Assembly (NCBI RefSeq): GCF_002951835.1
Contig: NZ_CP019448.1
Span: forward strand, 707,293 to 739,292
From: Simonsiella muelleri ATCC 29453
Lineage (GTDB): Bacteria; Pseudomonadota; Gammaproteobacteria; Burkholderiales; Neisseriaceae
DNA: 32,000 nucleotides
Reading direction: 5' to 3'
Below, piece by piece: positions 1 to 8,101 of this stretch. The stretch's first letter is position 1; each line of letters opens with the position of its first letter. The notes beneath the pieces are model-generated. The model made no database searches. It was not told where the DNA came from and was given only the letters and a program-made list of their open reading frames with translations. The position numbers were made by a program, and so were the translations under genes.

Positions 1-373
1 GCTCTTGTGAGCTGATTTCGCCATCGGCCGCTGCCGCCGCGACCATAGCGCGTAACACAACTTTACTGGATTCGGCAGTATCTGGGGTGTTTTCAGATGT
101 AAATGTGTTTTGCGGTGGAGTTTTGTCGGCAGCATATTTTTGGTATGCCTGATACGCCAATGCGCCTAAAGCCGCCGCCGAACCCAATTTTTTCAAAGCA
201 CTAGAACTTCCAGCTTTGCGTCCCAACAACGAACCCAACATACCTACCGATCCAGCAATACCACTCATTTTGTTGATGCTTTTGGTGTCGCCTTCGGCAA
301 TTTTACTGCCTAATTCTGCACCTGCTTTTTGGGCGTATTGCAATACGTCATTTAATAATGAATTGAATTTCAT
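1..373 (-). CDS. DUF533/TerB-like inner-membrane protein (YebE family); 3' end cut by the window edge
   Basis: Absent from the ORF track because it is open at the edge. A minus-strand ATG at 373 has GGAG 7 nt upstream. It translates MKFNSLLNDVLQYAQKAGAELG...GSAAALGALAYQAYQKY...VVLRAMVAAAAADGEISSQE. This shows the Gly/Ala-rich segment plus the start of a TerB-type domain typical of the family. Confidence 0.7.
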   Translation of the reverse strand, partial: MKFNSLLNDVLQYAQKAGAELGSKIAEGDTKSINKMSGIAGSVGMLGSLLGRKAGSSSALKKLGSAAALGALAYQAYQKYAADKTPPQNTFTSENTPDTAESSKVVLRAMVAAAAADGEISSQE

Positions 374-538
374 GTTATTACTCCAAGTTGTTTGGTTAAA
401 AGAATTGTATACTTAATATGGGATTAAATTTGCTTATTTCAATCAAATTCGCAAAATTTAATACGATGTCATTTCAGGCTGCCTGAAAAACAAATTCCGC
501 GTTAGAATAGCGCGTTTTATTTTTCCTCAAATTTGATT

Positions 539-1918
539 ATGAATTTACTCACTGTATTAGCAAAAGTCAGCAGCATGACCATGATTTCACGCATTTTGGG
601 ATTTGTGCGTGATGCCATCGTGGCGCGAATTTTCGGCGCAGGCATGGCGATGGATGCGTTTGTGGTGGCTTTCAGGCTGCCTAATTTATTGCGGCGTATT
701 TTTGCCGAAGGTGCATTTTCGCAAGCGTTTGTGCCAATTTTAGCCGACTACAAACAAAATCAATCTCATGAAAATACACAAATTTTTACGCAACACGTTG
801 CAGGTATGCTCATTTTTGCGCTGTTGATTGTAACTGCATTGGGGATTATCGCTGCGCCATTTATTATTTGGGCAACTGCAGCAGGTTTCACGCAAGGTGA
901 TGGTACACGATTTGAATTGGCGGTTCATTTATTGCGAGTGGTGTTTCCGTATATTTTATTGATTTCATTGTCATCCTTTGTAGGCAGTATTTTGAATACT
1001 TACGGAAAATTTTCCATTCCTGCGTTTACGCCAACATTTTTAAATATTTCATTTATTGTGTTTGCGGTATTTTTTGTGCCGTATTTTAATCCACCGATTA
1101 TAGCATTGGGTTGGGCGGTGTTTGTAGGGGGAATTTTGCAATTGGCGTTTCAATTGCCTTGGTTATTCAAACTGGGTTTTTTGAAAATGCCCAAATTGAG
1201 TTTCAAAGACCCTGCCGTTAATAAAGTCATGAAACAAATGGTGCCGTCTATGATTGGCTCATCTGTGGCACAAATTTCGTTGGTCATTAATACCATGTTT
1301 GCTTCATTTTTGGCGGCTGGGAGCGTGTCGTGGATGTATTACGCTGACCGTTTGATGGAGTTACCATCGGGTGTGATTGGCGCGGCTTTGGGGACAATTT
1401 TGTTACCAAGTTTATCCAAACACGCGGCAGCGAACAACATGACCGAATATTCTGCATTGCTAGATTGGGGTATCAAGCTGTGTTTATTGTTAATTTTACC
1501 TGCAGCGGTGGGGTTGGCGGTGTTGGCATACCCATTGGTGGCGACATTGTTTATGTATCATCGTTTTACGATTCATGACGCGCATATGACACAATACGCA
1601 TTGATGGCGTATTCGATTGGTTTGTTACCAATGATTATGGTTCGGATTCTTGCGCCAGCGTTTTACGCCAAAAAAGATGTCAAAACACCGATGCGTATTG
1701 CCATTATTTCGTTAGCTGGCACACAATTATTTAATTTATTATTGGTTTGGCAATTAAAACACGTTGGTTTGGCGTTGGCGATTGGTTTAGGCGCGATGAT
1801 TAATATGAGTTCGCTGCTGTATTTGTTACATAAAAAGAATATTTACCAATCTAAAGTGAATTGGCATATTTTTCTAATCAAATTGATGATTGCACTTGCT
1901 GTGATGACGGGGGTTTAG
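539..1918 (+). CDS. murJ: Lipid II flippase MurJ (MviN), N-terminal ~460 aa; the frame breaks at a G5 run
   Basis: [35 protein letters not shown]... is the canonical MurJ N-terminus. The track ORF starts at TTG 533, but ATG 539 is more likely. The stop at 1916-1918 follows directly after GGGGG at 1909-1913. Confidence 0.85.
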   Translation: MNLLTVLAKVSSMTMISRILGFVRDAIVARIFGAGMAMDAFVVAFRLPNLLRRIFAEGAFSQAFVPILADYKQNQSHENTQIFTQHVAGMLIFALLIVTALGIIAAPFIIWATAAGFTQGDGTRFELAVHLLRVVFPYILLISLSSFVGSILNTYGKFSIPAFTPTFLNISFIVFAVFFVPYFNPPIIALGWAVFVGGILQLAFQLPWLFKLGFLKMPKLSFKDPAVNKVMKQMVPSMIGSSVAQISLVINTMFASFLAAGSVSWMYYADRLMELPSGVIGAALGTILLPSLSKHAAANNMTEYSALLDWGIKLCLLLILPAAVGLAVLAYPLVATLFMYHRFTIHDAHMTQYALMAYSIGLLPMIMVRILAPAFYAKKDVKTPMRIAIISLAGTQLFNLLLVWQLKHVGLALAIGLGAMINMSSLLYLLHKKNIYQSKVNWHIFLIKLMIALAVMTGV

Positions 1919-1920
1919 TG

Positions 1921-2082
1921 ATGGCGCAACGGTTCACGCCATGGCAATGGGAAACCATTAGCGGCGTATGGCGATGTCTACAACTGGCGGGTTTGATTGG
2001 TTTGGCGATGATTTTGTATTTTGCGGCTTTAGCCGTTTTGGGTTTTAGACCGCGTGATTTTAAACGTTCAGAAATTAATTAA
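1921..2082 (+). pseudogene. murJ: MurJ C-terminal fragment in the -1 frame relative to 539-1918
   Basis: The frame-1 ORF reads ...[55 protein letters not shown], which looks like the last MurJ TM helix and basic tail. The combined length of about 515 aa equals a normal MurJ. Confidence 0.7.
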
Positions 2083-2647
2083 TCATTCAAACAGCCTGAA
2101 AGAATTTTATTAAATTTAATCAATATAATTATCTAAAAATATGGCACAAAAAAATATTCCCAATATGATTATCCGTCAATTAGCCAATCCGAAAAATTGG
2201 ACCAAGAAAAAAATGGTGGCTTTAGGCGTGGCAGTGGCAACGGCATTGGTTGCCAATCAATTTCAAAATAAAAATACAACCACTACGTCTCAAAAAGGCA
2301 AAATCTATACTGCTAAAGTCATCAAAGTGGCAGATGGCGACACGGCCACCGTTGTGGACACGCATGGCGCACAACACAAAATCCGTTTCGCTTATATTGA
2401 TGCCCCCGAAAAAGCCCAAGCCTATGGCATGGCAAGCAAAGACGCATTAACCAAATTAATTGACGGTAAAAACGTAGAAATCCACGTTACCGACGTCGAC
2501 CGATACCAACGTGAAGTAAGTGTCATCAAATTCAATGGTATGGACATCAATTACGAACAAATTAAAAATGGCAACGCGTGGCATTACCAAACTTATGCGC
2601 AAAAATCTCAACCACGCACCGAATACAATCAATATGCCGCCGCTCTA

Positions 2648-3498
2648 GGGGCTAATGACAATTCAAAAAAAGAGGCAAAGGATTTAAGATATTGTTTCCA
2701 CGCAACCATCCCAAACCTTTGCCATGTCCCGAAACACGCTTACAAATGAAACATGGTCAAGACTGTTGCCTATTTTGAAACAGCTTGGCATTTATCGCAA
2801 GAAAAATTTACGCAAAACAGTAGAAGGTATCCTATTTCGCTTACGTACAGGCTGCCAATGGGCTGATATACCTAGTTATTTTGGTAAAGCAAACAGCCTT
2901 TACCAAAGTTTCAATCGCTGGTCTAAACGCGGTATTTTTACCCGATTATTCAAACATTTGGTAGATACACCCGATATGGAATGGGTCTTTATGGACGGTA
3001 GCCATATCCGCGTTCATCAACACGGTATGGGTAAACAATCCATTACGCATCAAGCTGTTGGTAAGAGTATCGGTGGTCATACGTCTAAAATTCATTTAGC
3101 GGTTGATGCTTGTGGTAATCCAATTGAATTTATCATTACAGCTGGTAATGTAAATGATATTGTTGTTGCGCCTGATTTATTGGCACAATTGGATTTAAGT
3201 GATAATGAAACCGTGTGTGCTGATAGGGGTTTTGACAGTGATACTTTTCGTCGGTTAATTCAGTCTAAACAAAGTAAAGCCAATATTCCATATAAGAAAA
3301 ATAGAGAACATCTTAATGTGGGCACAGATTGGTATTTATATAAAATCAGGCACTTGGTAGAAAACGCTTTTGCGCGATTAAAGCATTTTCGTGCGCTGGC
3401 AACACGGTACGATAAATTAAAACGTAATTATGAAAGTACTGTATCATTAGCTTGTGCTTTGATTTGGTTGAAATTATAGCTAAAATGTCATTAGCCCC
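2648..3498 (+). mobile_element. IS5-family insertion sequence (IS427-like group), 851 bp
   Basis: Perfect 13-bp terminal inverted repeats GGGGCTAATGACA (2648-2660) and TGTCATTAGCCCC (3486-3498). TA is duplicated within a CTAG target (2646-2647 and 3499-3500). It carries a single transposase ORF. Confidence 0.85.
2724..3479 (+). CDS. IS5-family DDE transposase (DUF4096 N-domain plus DDE_Tnp_1)
   Basis: 251 aa. WSRLLPIL...RTGCQWADIP...YQSFNRWSKRGIF...DGSHIRVHQH...ADRGFDS...YKIRHLVENAFARLKHFRALATRYDK is the typical IS427/IS1031-group signature. Confidence 0.9.
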   Translation: MSRNTLTNETWSRLLPILKQLGIYRKKNLRKTVEGILFRLRTGCQWADIPSYFGKANSLYQSFNRWSKRGIFTRLFKHLVDTPDMEWVFMDGSHIRVHQHGMGKQSITHQAVGKSIGGHTSKIHLAVDACGNPIEFIITAGNVNDIVVAPDLLAQLDLSDNETVCADRGFDSDTFRRLIQSKQSKANIPYKKNREHLNVGTDWYLYKIRHLVENAFARLKHFRALATRYDKLKRNYESTVSLACALIWLKL

Positions 3499-3603
3499 TA
3501 GCAGCTGCTGAAAAAAAACGTATCGGTTTGTGGGCGGACAAAAAACCACAAGAACCTTGGGTGTATCGTGCCAAAATTCGCGCCGAACAAAATTAGAACC
3601 TGT

Positions 3604-3641
3604 TTCAGGCTGCCTTGAAATCAAAATCAAGGCAGCCTGAA
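3604..3641. terminator. Inverted DUS pair hairpin between the convergent nuclease and mltA genes
   Basis: TTCAGGCTGCCTTGA (3604-3618) pairs with TCAAGGCAGCCTGAA (3627-3641), a 15-bp perfect stem. Confidence 0.6.
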
Positions 3642-3647
3642 CAATTT

Positions 3648-4946
3648 CTAACGTGGCAATACGCCATTCGGGAGTAATTCCCATACTTTGCCTTGATTTT
3701 TCATTTTGCCAGCTGTGTTGCCAGCTGCCGTGCCGTAACCCCAAAAATAATCCACGCGTACCGCACCTTTAATTGCGCTGCCTGTGTCTTGCGCCATGAT
3801 GAGTCGTTGGAGTGGGGCTTGTGTGTCGGGGTGAGTCGTGGCGATAAACAACGGCGCACCCAATTGAATATATTGTTTGTCTACCGCGCCCGAAAATTCC
3901 GCCATCAATGGCACACCCAATGCGCCTGTTGGACCATCGTTTACATCAGCCGAATGCGTTTTGAAGAAAATATAGCTGGGGTTTTGTGCCATGACTTCGG
4001 CTAATTTGTCTGGATTTTGCGCCAAATAATTTTTGATGCCTTGTGCTGATGCTTGCGCCAACGTCAAATAACCACGTTCTGCCATATATTTCCCAATAGA
4101 AACATATGGATAATCATTTTTATCAGCAAAGCCCAAGCGCAAATAATCACCATTGGGCATTTTCAGCCTGCCTGAACCTTGAACGTGCAAAAAAAACAAT
4201 TCAACAGGGTCATTGGCGTAACCCAATATGGGCGCAAGATGATTTAATGCACCGCCGTTGATTTGATTGCGCGTATAGTAGGGGACAAATTGATTGCCAA
4301 CAAATCGCCCTTTTAATGCGGTGGTGCGTTCGCTTAATGGAAACGTGGACAAATCTGCCACATACGCACCTGATTCGTTGATGACACCTTTATTGGCAGA
4401 GGTGGGCGACACGCGCACTGTTCTGGCGTAGCGTTGTTTAGCGGAAATCGGGATGCTGACAAAGTCGTTAGGAATACCGTAAATGGGGAAACGTGCTTGA
4501 GCGGTAGGTTTCAGGCTGCCGTCTAATACGGTTTCGTAGTAGCCAGTGATTAAGCCTTGCGCGTTACCGTTTTGGGTGATTTGCCAAGGCGTAAAATATT
4601 GTTCAAAAAAGGTTTTAGCTGTGTTGGGATTGTCGGGAATGCTGTTGGCTTGATGACACACGCTTAACCAAGCGGCTTGATTGCGCAATTGTTTACAACC
4701 GATGCGAAACGCTTTCAGGCTGCTGACAAAATCGTTCATTTGCCAATTAGGGAGTTGTTGATGTGGCACAACGGTGTAGGTGGCATCATTCCATTGTTGG
4801 CTGAAACCGACTGGTTTGGGGTCGCCAATGGGTTGAGGCATGGGTAAATTGCTGTTGCTTGTGGTGGTGGGTTTGGGGTATTGATTGGTACAAGCTGCGA
4901 AGAAGCAGGTAAAGGCGCAGAGTAGGGCGTATTGTTTGATTTTCAT
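3648..4946 (-). CDS. mltA: Membrane-bound lytic murein transglycosylase A (lipoprotein)
   Basis: 432 aa. It has a lipobox signal (LLCAFTCFFAAC). MltA and 3D-domain motifs are present: FFLHVQGSGRL, YVSIGKYM, AQDTGSAIKGAVRVDYFWGYG. Confidence 0.9.
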   Translation of the reverse strand: MKIKQYALLCAFTCFFAACTNQYPKPTTTSNSNLPMPQPIGDPKPVGFSQQWNDATYTVVPHQQLPNWQMNDFVSSLKAFRIGCKQLRNQAAWLSVCHQANSIPDNPNTAKTFFEQYFTPWQITQNGNAQGLITGYYETVLDGSLKPTAQARFPIYGIPNDFVSIPISAKQRYARTVRVSPTSANKGVINESGAYVADLSTFPLSERTTALKGRFVGNQFVPYYTRNQINGGALNHLAPILGYANDPVELFFLHVQGSGRLKMPNGDYLRLGFADKNDYPYVSIGKYMAERGYLTLAQASAQGIKNYLAQNPDKLAEVMAQNPSYIFFKTHSADVNDGPTGALGVPLMAEFSGAVDKQYIQLGAPLFIATTHPDTQAPLQRLIMAQDTGSAIKGAVRVDYFWGYGTAAGNTAGKMKNQGKVWELLPNGVLPR

Positions 4947-5011
4947 GGGTGAAATGCTCGTGAAATGGGAACGAGTTTTCAGACTGCACCAAGATAAGGC
5001 AGCCTGAAAAC

Positions 5012-5093
5012 TTAGAATCTGTATTCATAGTCAACGTGAAATGGATTTTAGTCCCAGTTGGTTCGAAGTGCTTGGCTGTGAATGCAGGTTTTT
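5012..5093. repeat. Copy 1 (degenerate right end) of a ~70-bp IR-bounded interspersed repeat
   Basis: TTAGAATCTGTATTCATAGTCAACGTGAAATGGATTTTAGTCCCAGTTGGTTCGAA... is near-identical to 29058-29125. It has a 12-bp insertion before the right arm GAATGCAGGTTTT. Confidence 0.6.
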
Positions 5094-5790
5094 ACTTCTT
5101 GATGAACACCAAATCCCACACACCGTGTCCCAAACGTTTACCACGCGCTTCAAATTTGGTTTCGGGACGATAATTAGGTGTGGGAGCGTAATCGGTGGCG
5201 GTGTTAGCTAATTGTTCGGGGAAACTACTCAATACTTCAAGCATTTGAACAGCGTATTCTTCCCAGTCGGTTGCCAAATGAATGTAGCCACCTTGTTTCA
5301 ATTTGGGTAATAATTTTTGAATAAATGGGATTTGAATTAAGCGGCGTTTGTTGTGGCGTTTTTTGTGCCATGGGTCGGGGAAAAAGATATGAATGCCATC
5401 TAAACTATTATCAGACAACATATTTTCCACCACTTCCACTGCATCATGACGCATGACGCGAATGTTGGTAAGCTGCTGCTCGCTGATGAGTTTGCACAAA
5501 TTACCCACGCCTGGCCCGTGTACGTCAATGGCGAGAAAATCTTTTTCAGGCAGCTTTTGGGCGATTTGTGCGGTTGCTGTGCCCATACCGAAACCGATTT
5601 CTAAAATTTTGGGATTTTCGCGTTCAAATATTTGATTTAAATTGATGAATTGATTAATGTAATCCACGCCAACACGTGTCCAATTGTCATCAATGGCTTT
5701 TTGTTGAGCGGCCGTCATGTGTCCTTGTCGCAAAACAAACGATTTAATTGAGCGATGATGTTCGGGATTGGATTGATTTTGTTCAGTCAT
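5092..5790 (-). CDS. trmB: tRNA (guanine46-N7)-methyltransferase
   Basis: 232 aa. EIGFGMG (SAM-binding motif) and FFPDPWHKKRHNKRR (TrmB signature) are present. Confidence 0.9.
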   Translation of the reverse strand: MTEQNQSNPEHHRSIKSFVLRQGHMTAAQQKAIDDNWTRVGVDYINQFINLNQIFERENPKILEIGFGMGTATAQIAQKLPEKDFLAIDVHGPGVGNLCKLISEQQLTNIRVMRHDAVEVVENMLSDNSLDGIHIFFPDPWHKKRHNKRRLIQIPFIQKLLPKLKQGGYIHLATDWEEYAVQMLEVLSSFPEQLANTATDYAPTPNYRPETKFEARGKRLGHGVWDLVFIKK

Positions 5791-5904
5791 AGAAAATAAA
5801 ATTTGCGGAAAAAAAGAGAGACGGAATTATAGACGATAGCGCGGATATTTGTAACAATCCTTGTTTTAAATAAACTTTCAGGCAGCCTGAAAAATCACGT
5901 CTTT

Positions 5905-6411
5905 ATGAAAAAACAAACCAAACATTTTCCTTTTTTGCGTATTCAACAACAGCGTTTCGCATTAAGCTACATCAACGAGAGCAGCGCAACGGATTTGCCA
6001 ACCGAAAAGCAGTTTTACCAATGGATTTGGCACGCACTGAAAAATTTTTATTACCGCGCGGAGATTTCGCTGGTGTTGCTGGACGAAGCCGCTGCCCGAC
6101 AATACAACCATGATTATCGTGGTAAAGATTACGCGACCAATGTACTTAGTTTTGCCCATAACGAAGGCGAGTTTTTATTTGTGGAACAAGATGATGTATT
6201 GCGTGGTGATTTGATTATTTGCCCGCGAGTTGTCGCCAAAGAAGCGACAGAGCAGGGTAAAGCTTTGCATGACCATTACGCGCATTTGGTCATTCATGGT
6301 ACGCTGCATTTAATTGGTTTTGACCACATGGAAGACGATGAAGCCGAAGAAATGGAAAATTTAGAAACTGAATTATTGGCACAATTGAATATTGTTAATC
6401 CGTATGAATGA
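5905..6411 (+). CDS. ybeY: rRNA maturation endoribonuclease YbeY
   Basis: 168 aa. HLVIHGTLHLIGFDH is the zinc-binding signature. Confidence 0.9.
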   Translation: MKKQTKHFPFLRIQQQRFALSYINESSATDLPTEKQFYQWIWHALKNFYYRAEISLVLLDEAAARQYNHDYRGKDYATNVLSFAHNEGEFLFVEQDDVLRGDLIICPRVVAKEATEQGKALHDHYAHLVIHGTLHLIGFDHMEDDEAEEMENLETELLAQLNIVNPYE

Positions 6412-6420
6412 GTTTTCAGG

Positions 6421-6606
6421 CAGCCTGAAACCTTTGCAAAACCCAAAAATTAACCTAAATCTCGTCATTCCCGCGAATGCGGGAATCCAATAGCAAAATT
6501 TAGATAATTGATTTTATTTGATTGATTAAAAATCTATTTGAGATTGAAAATGGATTACCGCCTACGCGGTAATGACGACGGATAGTTTTGCAAAGGTTTC
6601 AGCCTG
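6421..6606. mobile_element. MITE-like derivative (186 bp) of the IS5-group element at 14008-15211
   Basis: The ends GAAACCTTTGCAAAACCC (from 6426) and GTTTTGCAAAGGTTTC (6585-6600) match the IS termini. Both ends are flanked by AGCCT. There is no ORF. The interior carries two 8-bp-stem hairpins at 6467-6486 and 6554-6573. Confidence 0.7.
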
Positions 6607-6686
6607 AAATATTCACATAATTAAAACGCATTAAAAATCAGCATCAATGGAAGAACGTATTGATGCTGATTTTTGTTTTAATTGAA

Positions 6687-7889
6687 TTATTCCATGCGAA
6701 TATCCACTCGACGACCTTCAACATGATTGCCTGCTGCACCTATGGTGTTATTGGGTTTGCGTAATTCAATATTGGCGGCACTGACGTTTTGTTTTACCAA
6801 AAATGCTTTCACGGCTTCGGCACGTTGTTTGGCTAATTTAGCGTTTGTGGTTGCGCTGCCTGTGCCGTCGGTGTAGCCACTGATAATCAATTTTTTACCT
6901 GATTTTCCTGCATCAATTATTTGATTAGAAACGGTTTGTATGTTTTTGGCAATTTTGCTGCTGCCCACCGCAAAATAAATTTTGACGATACCATCTTCAT
7001 AGAATGCTTCAGACGTATTGTCTGCTAAAACACGCGCTGTTGTGGCAATATTATCGTTGACATCTGCTACCGTGCTGGCGGTGGCAGTTGCCATATTGGC
7101 AGTATTGTTGGCAGTGGTGGTGTTTTCTATGCTTTGAACATCTTGCTGTTTTGTGTTGGTTGTATCAGATGACGTGCAGCTTTTGATGCCCCAAATCGCT
7201 AATAAAGCCGCAATTGCTAACGCCACCCATCTTCCCATACTGGCACCATTGGCAGCCATCAGAGGTTCTGCAATCGGCGTGGCAGTACCACCCATTGTGT
7301 TACTGGTTCCTAAACCTGCCAATGCAGTCGCTGCAATGCCCTCAATGCTGCTAATACCCAAAGCGCGTAACAAACCTATTGGCAAAATGTTTTCTAACCA
7401 GTTTTTGGAATCTATATTGGTAAACAAACCAGCTAATTGTGCGCTGTTGCTGCCACTTTGTTCGCGTAATAACGCCAAAACCAATGGTAACACCAATGCC
7501 AACAATGAACCAGCTGTATTGCTGGAAATACCTGCTTCGGTAGCCAGTTCAGATGTGGTGTTGTCTACATGAGTTTGCGTTCCCAATAAAGTGGGCAGTA
7601 AACCTTTGCCTAACTCAATAATTTTGTCCCACACAACGCTTTCAGGCTGCGTGGTTACTTGATTCAATAAATCTTGAAATTGTTGTCCATTGCTGCCTGA
7701 AATTAAATGGAACAATTCGCTCACATGCGAGGGCTGTTTGCTCACATAATTTAACAAACCTGCTACCACCGTTGGTATCACCAATTGAATGGCTTTTTGG
7801 TTATTGGCTGGATTTTCATTTTGCTGATTCAAAAAGCCAGTTAAAATATCGGTTAATTTGGTATGCAACAAAGTATTTAAATCGGACAT
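6687..7889 (-). CDS. OmpA-family protein with a DUF937-like N-terminal region and a central TM segment
   Basis: 400 aa. The C-terminus ISGYTDGTGSATTNAKLAKQRAEAVKAFLVKQNV...GRRVDIRME is an OmpA_C peptidoglycan-binding domain. The TM segment is WVALAIAALLAIWGI. Confidence 0.8.
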   Translation of the reverse strand: MSDLNTLLHTKLTDILTGFLNQQNENPANNQKAIQLVIPTVVAGLLNYVSKQPSHVSELFHLISGSNGQQFQDLLNQVTTQPESVVWDKIIELGKGLLPTLLGTQTHVDNTTSELATEAGISSNTAGSLLALVLPLVLALLREQSGSNSAQLAGLFTNIDSKNWLENILPIGLLRALGISSIEGIAATALAGLGTSNTMGGTATPIAEPLMAANGASMGRWVALAIAALLAIWGIKSCTSSDTTNTKQQDVQSIENTTTANNTANMATATASTVADVNDNIATTARVLADNTSEAFYEDGIVKIYFAVGSSKIAKNIQTVSNQIIDAGKSGKKLIISGYTDGTGSATTNAKLAKQRAEAVKAFLVKQNVSAANIELRKPNNTIGAAGNHVEGRRVDIRME

Positions 7890-8101
7890 AATGCGCTCCT
7901 AAAACAAGTAGAAATATTTTCAGGCAGCCTGAAAATGAAAAATCATACTAACATAAATGATTCAAACACTAGATTTTTTACGATTTCTTAACATGTTGAA
8001 CACATCAATCAAATATTATGACGATTCATCATATAACAGCGTAATGATTTTATTCTGAATCGGCTATATAATCGCGCTATTCTTGTCATGCAAACCGTAT
8101 C

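Larger units (their letters stand above)
2141..3596 (+). pseudogene. nuc: Secreted thermonuclease (SNase/Nuc family) gene interrupted by an IS element
   Basis: 2141-2647 encodes an N-terminal anchor plus KVIKVADGDTATVVD...IRFAYIDAPEKAQAYG...DRYQREV, an SNase fold motif. The frame resumes after the IS at 3499/3501: (L)AAAEKKRIGLWADKKPQEPWVYRAKIRAEQN*, ending at the TAG at 3594-3596. The tail LGANDNSKKE... in the track ORF is IS sequence. Confidence 0.8.

Noticed and set aside
216-416. 66-aa plus-strand ORF
   Set aside because: It is antisense to the DUF533/TerB-like gene, which has a convincing start, SD and family-like sequence. It has no RBS of its own.
3346-3744. 132-aa minus-strand ORF spanning the IS right end and the mltA 3' end
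   Set aside because: It crosses the IS inverted repeat, the nuclease 3' remnant and the DUS terminator, so it is not a coherent gene.
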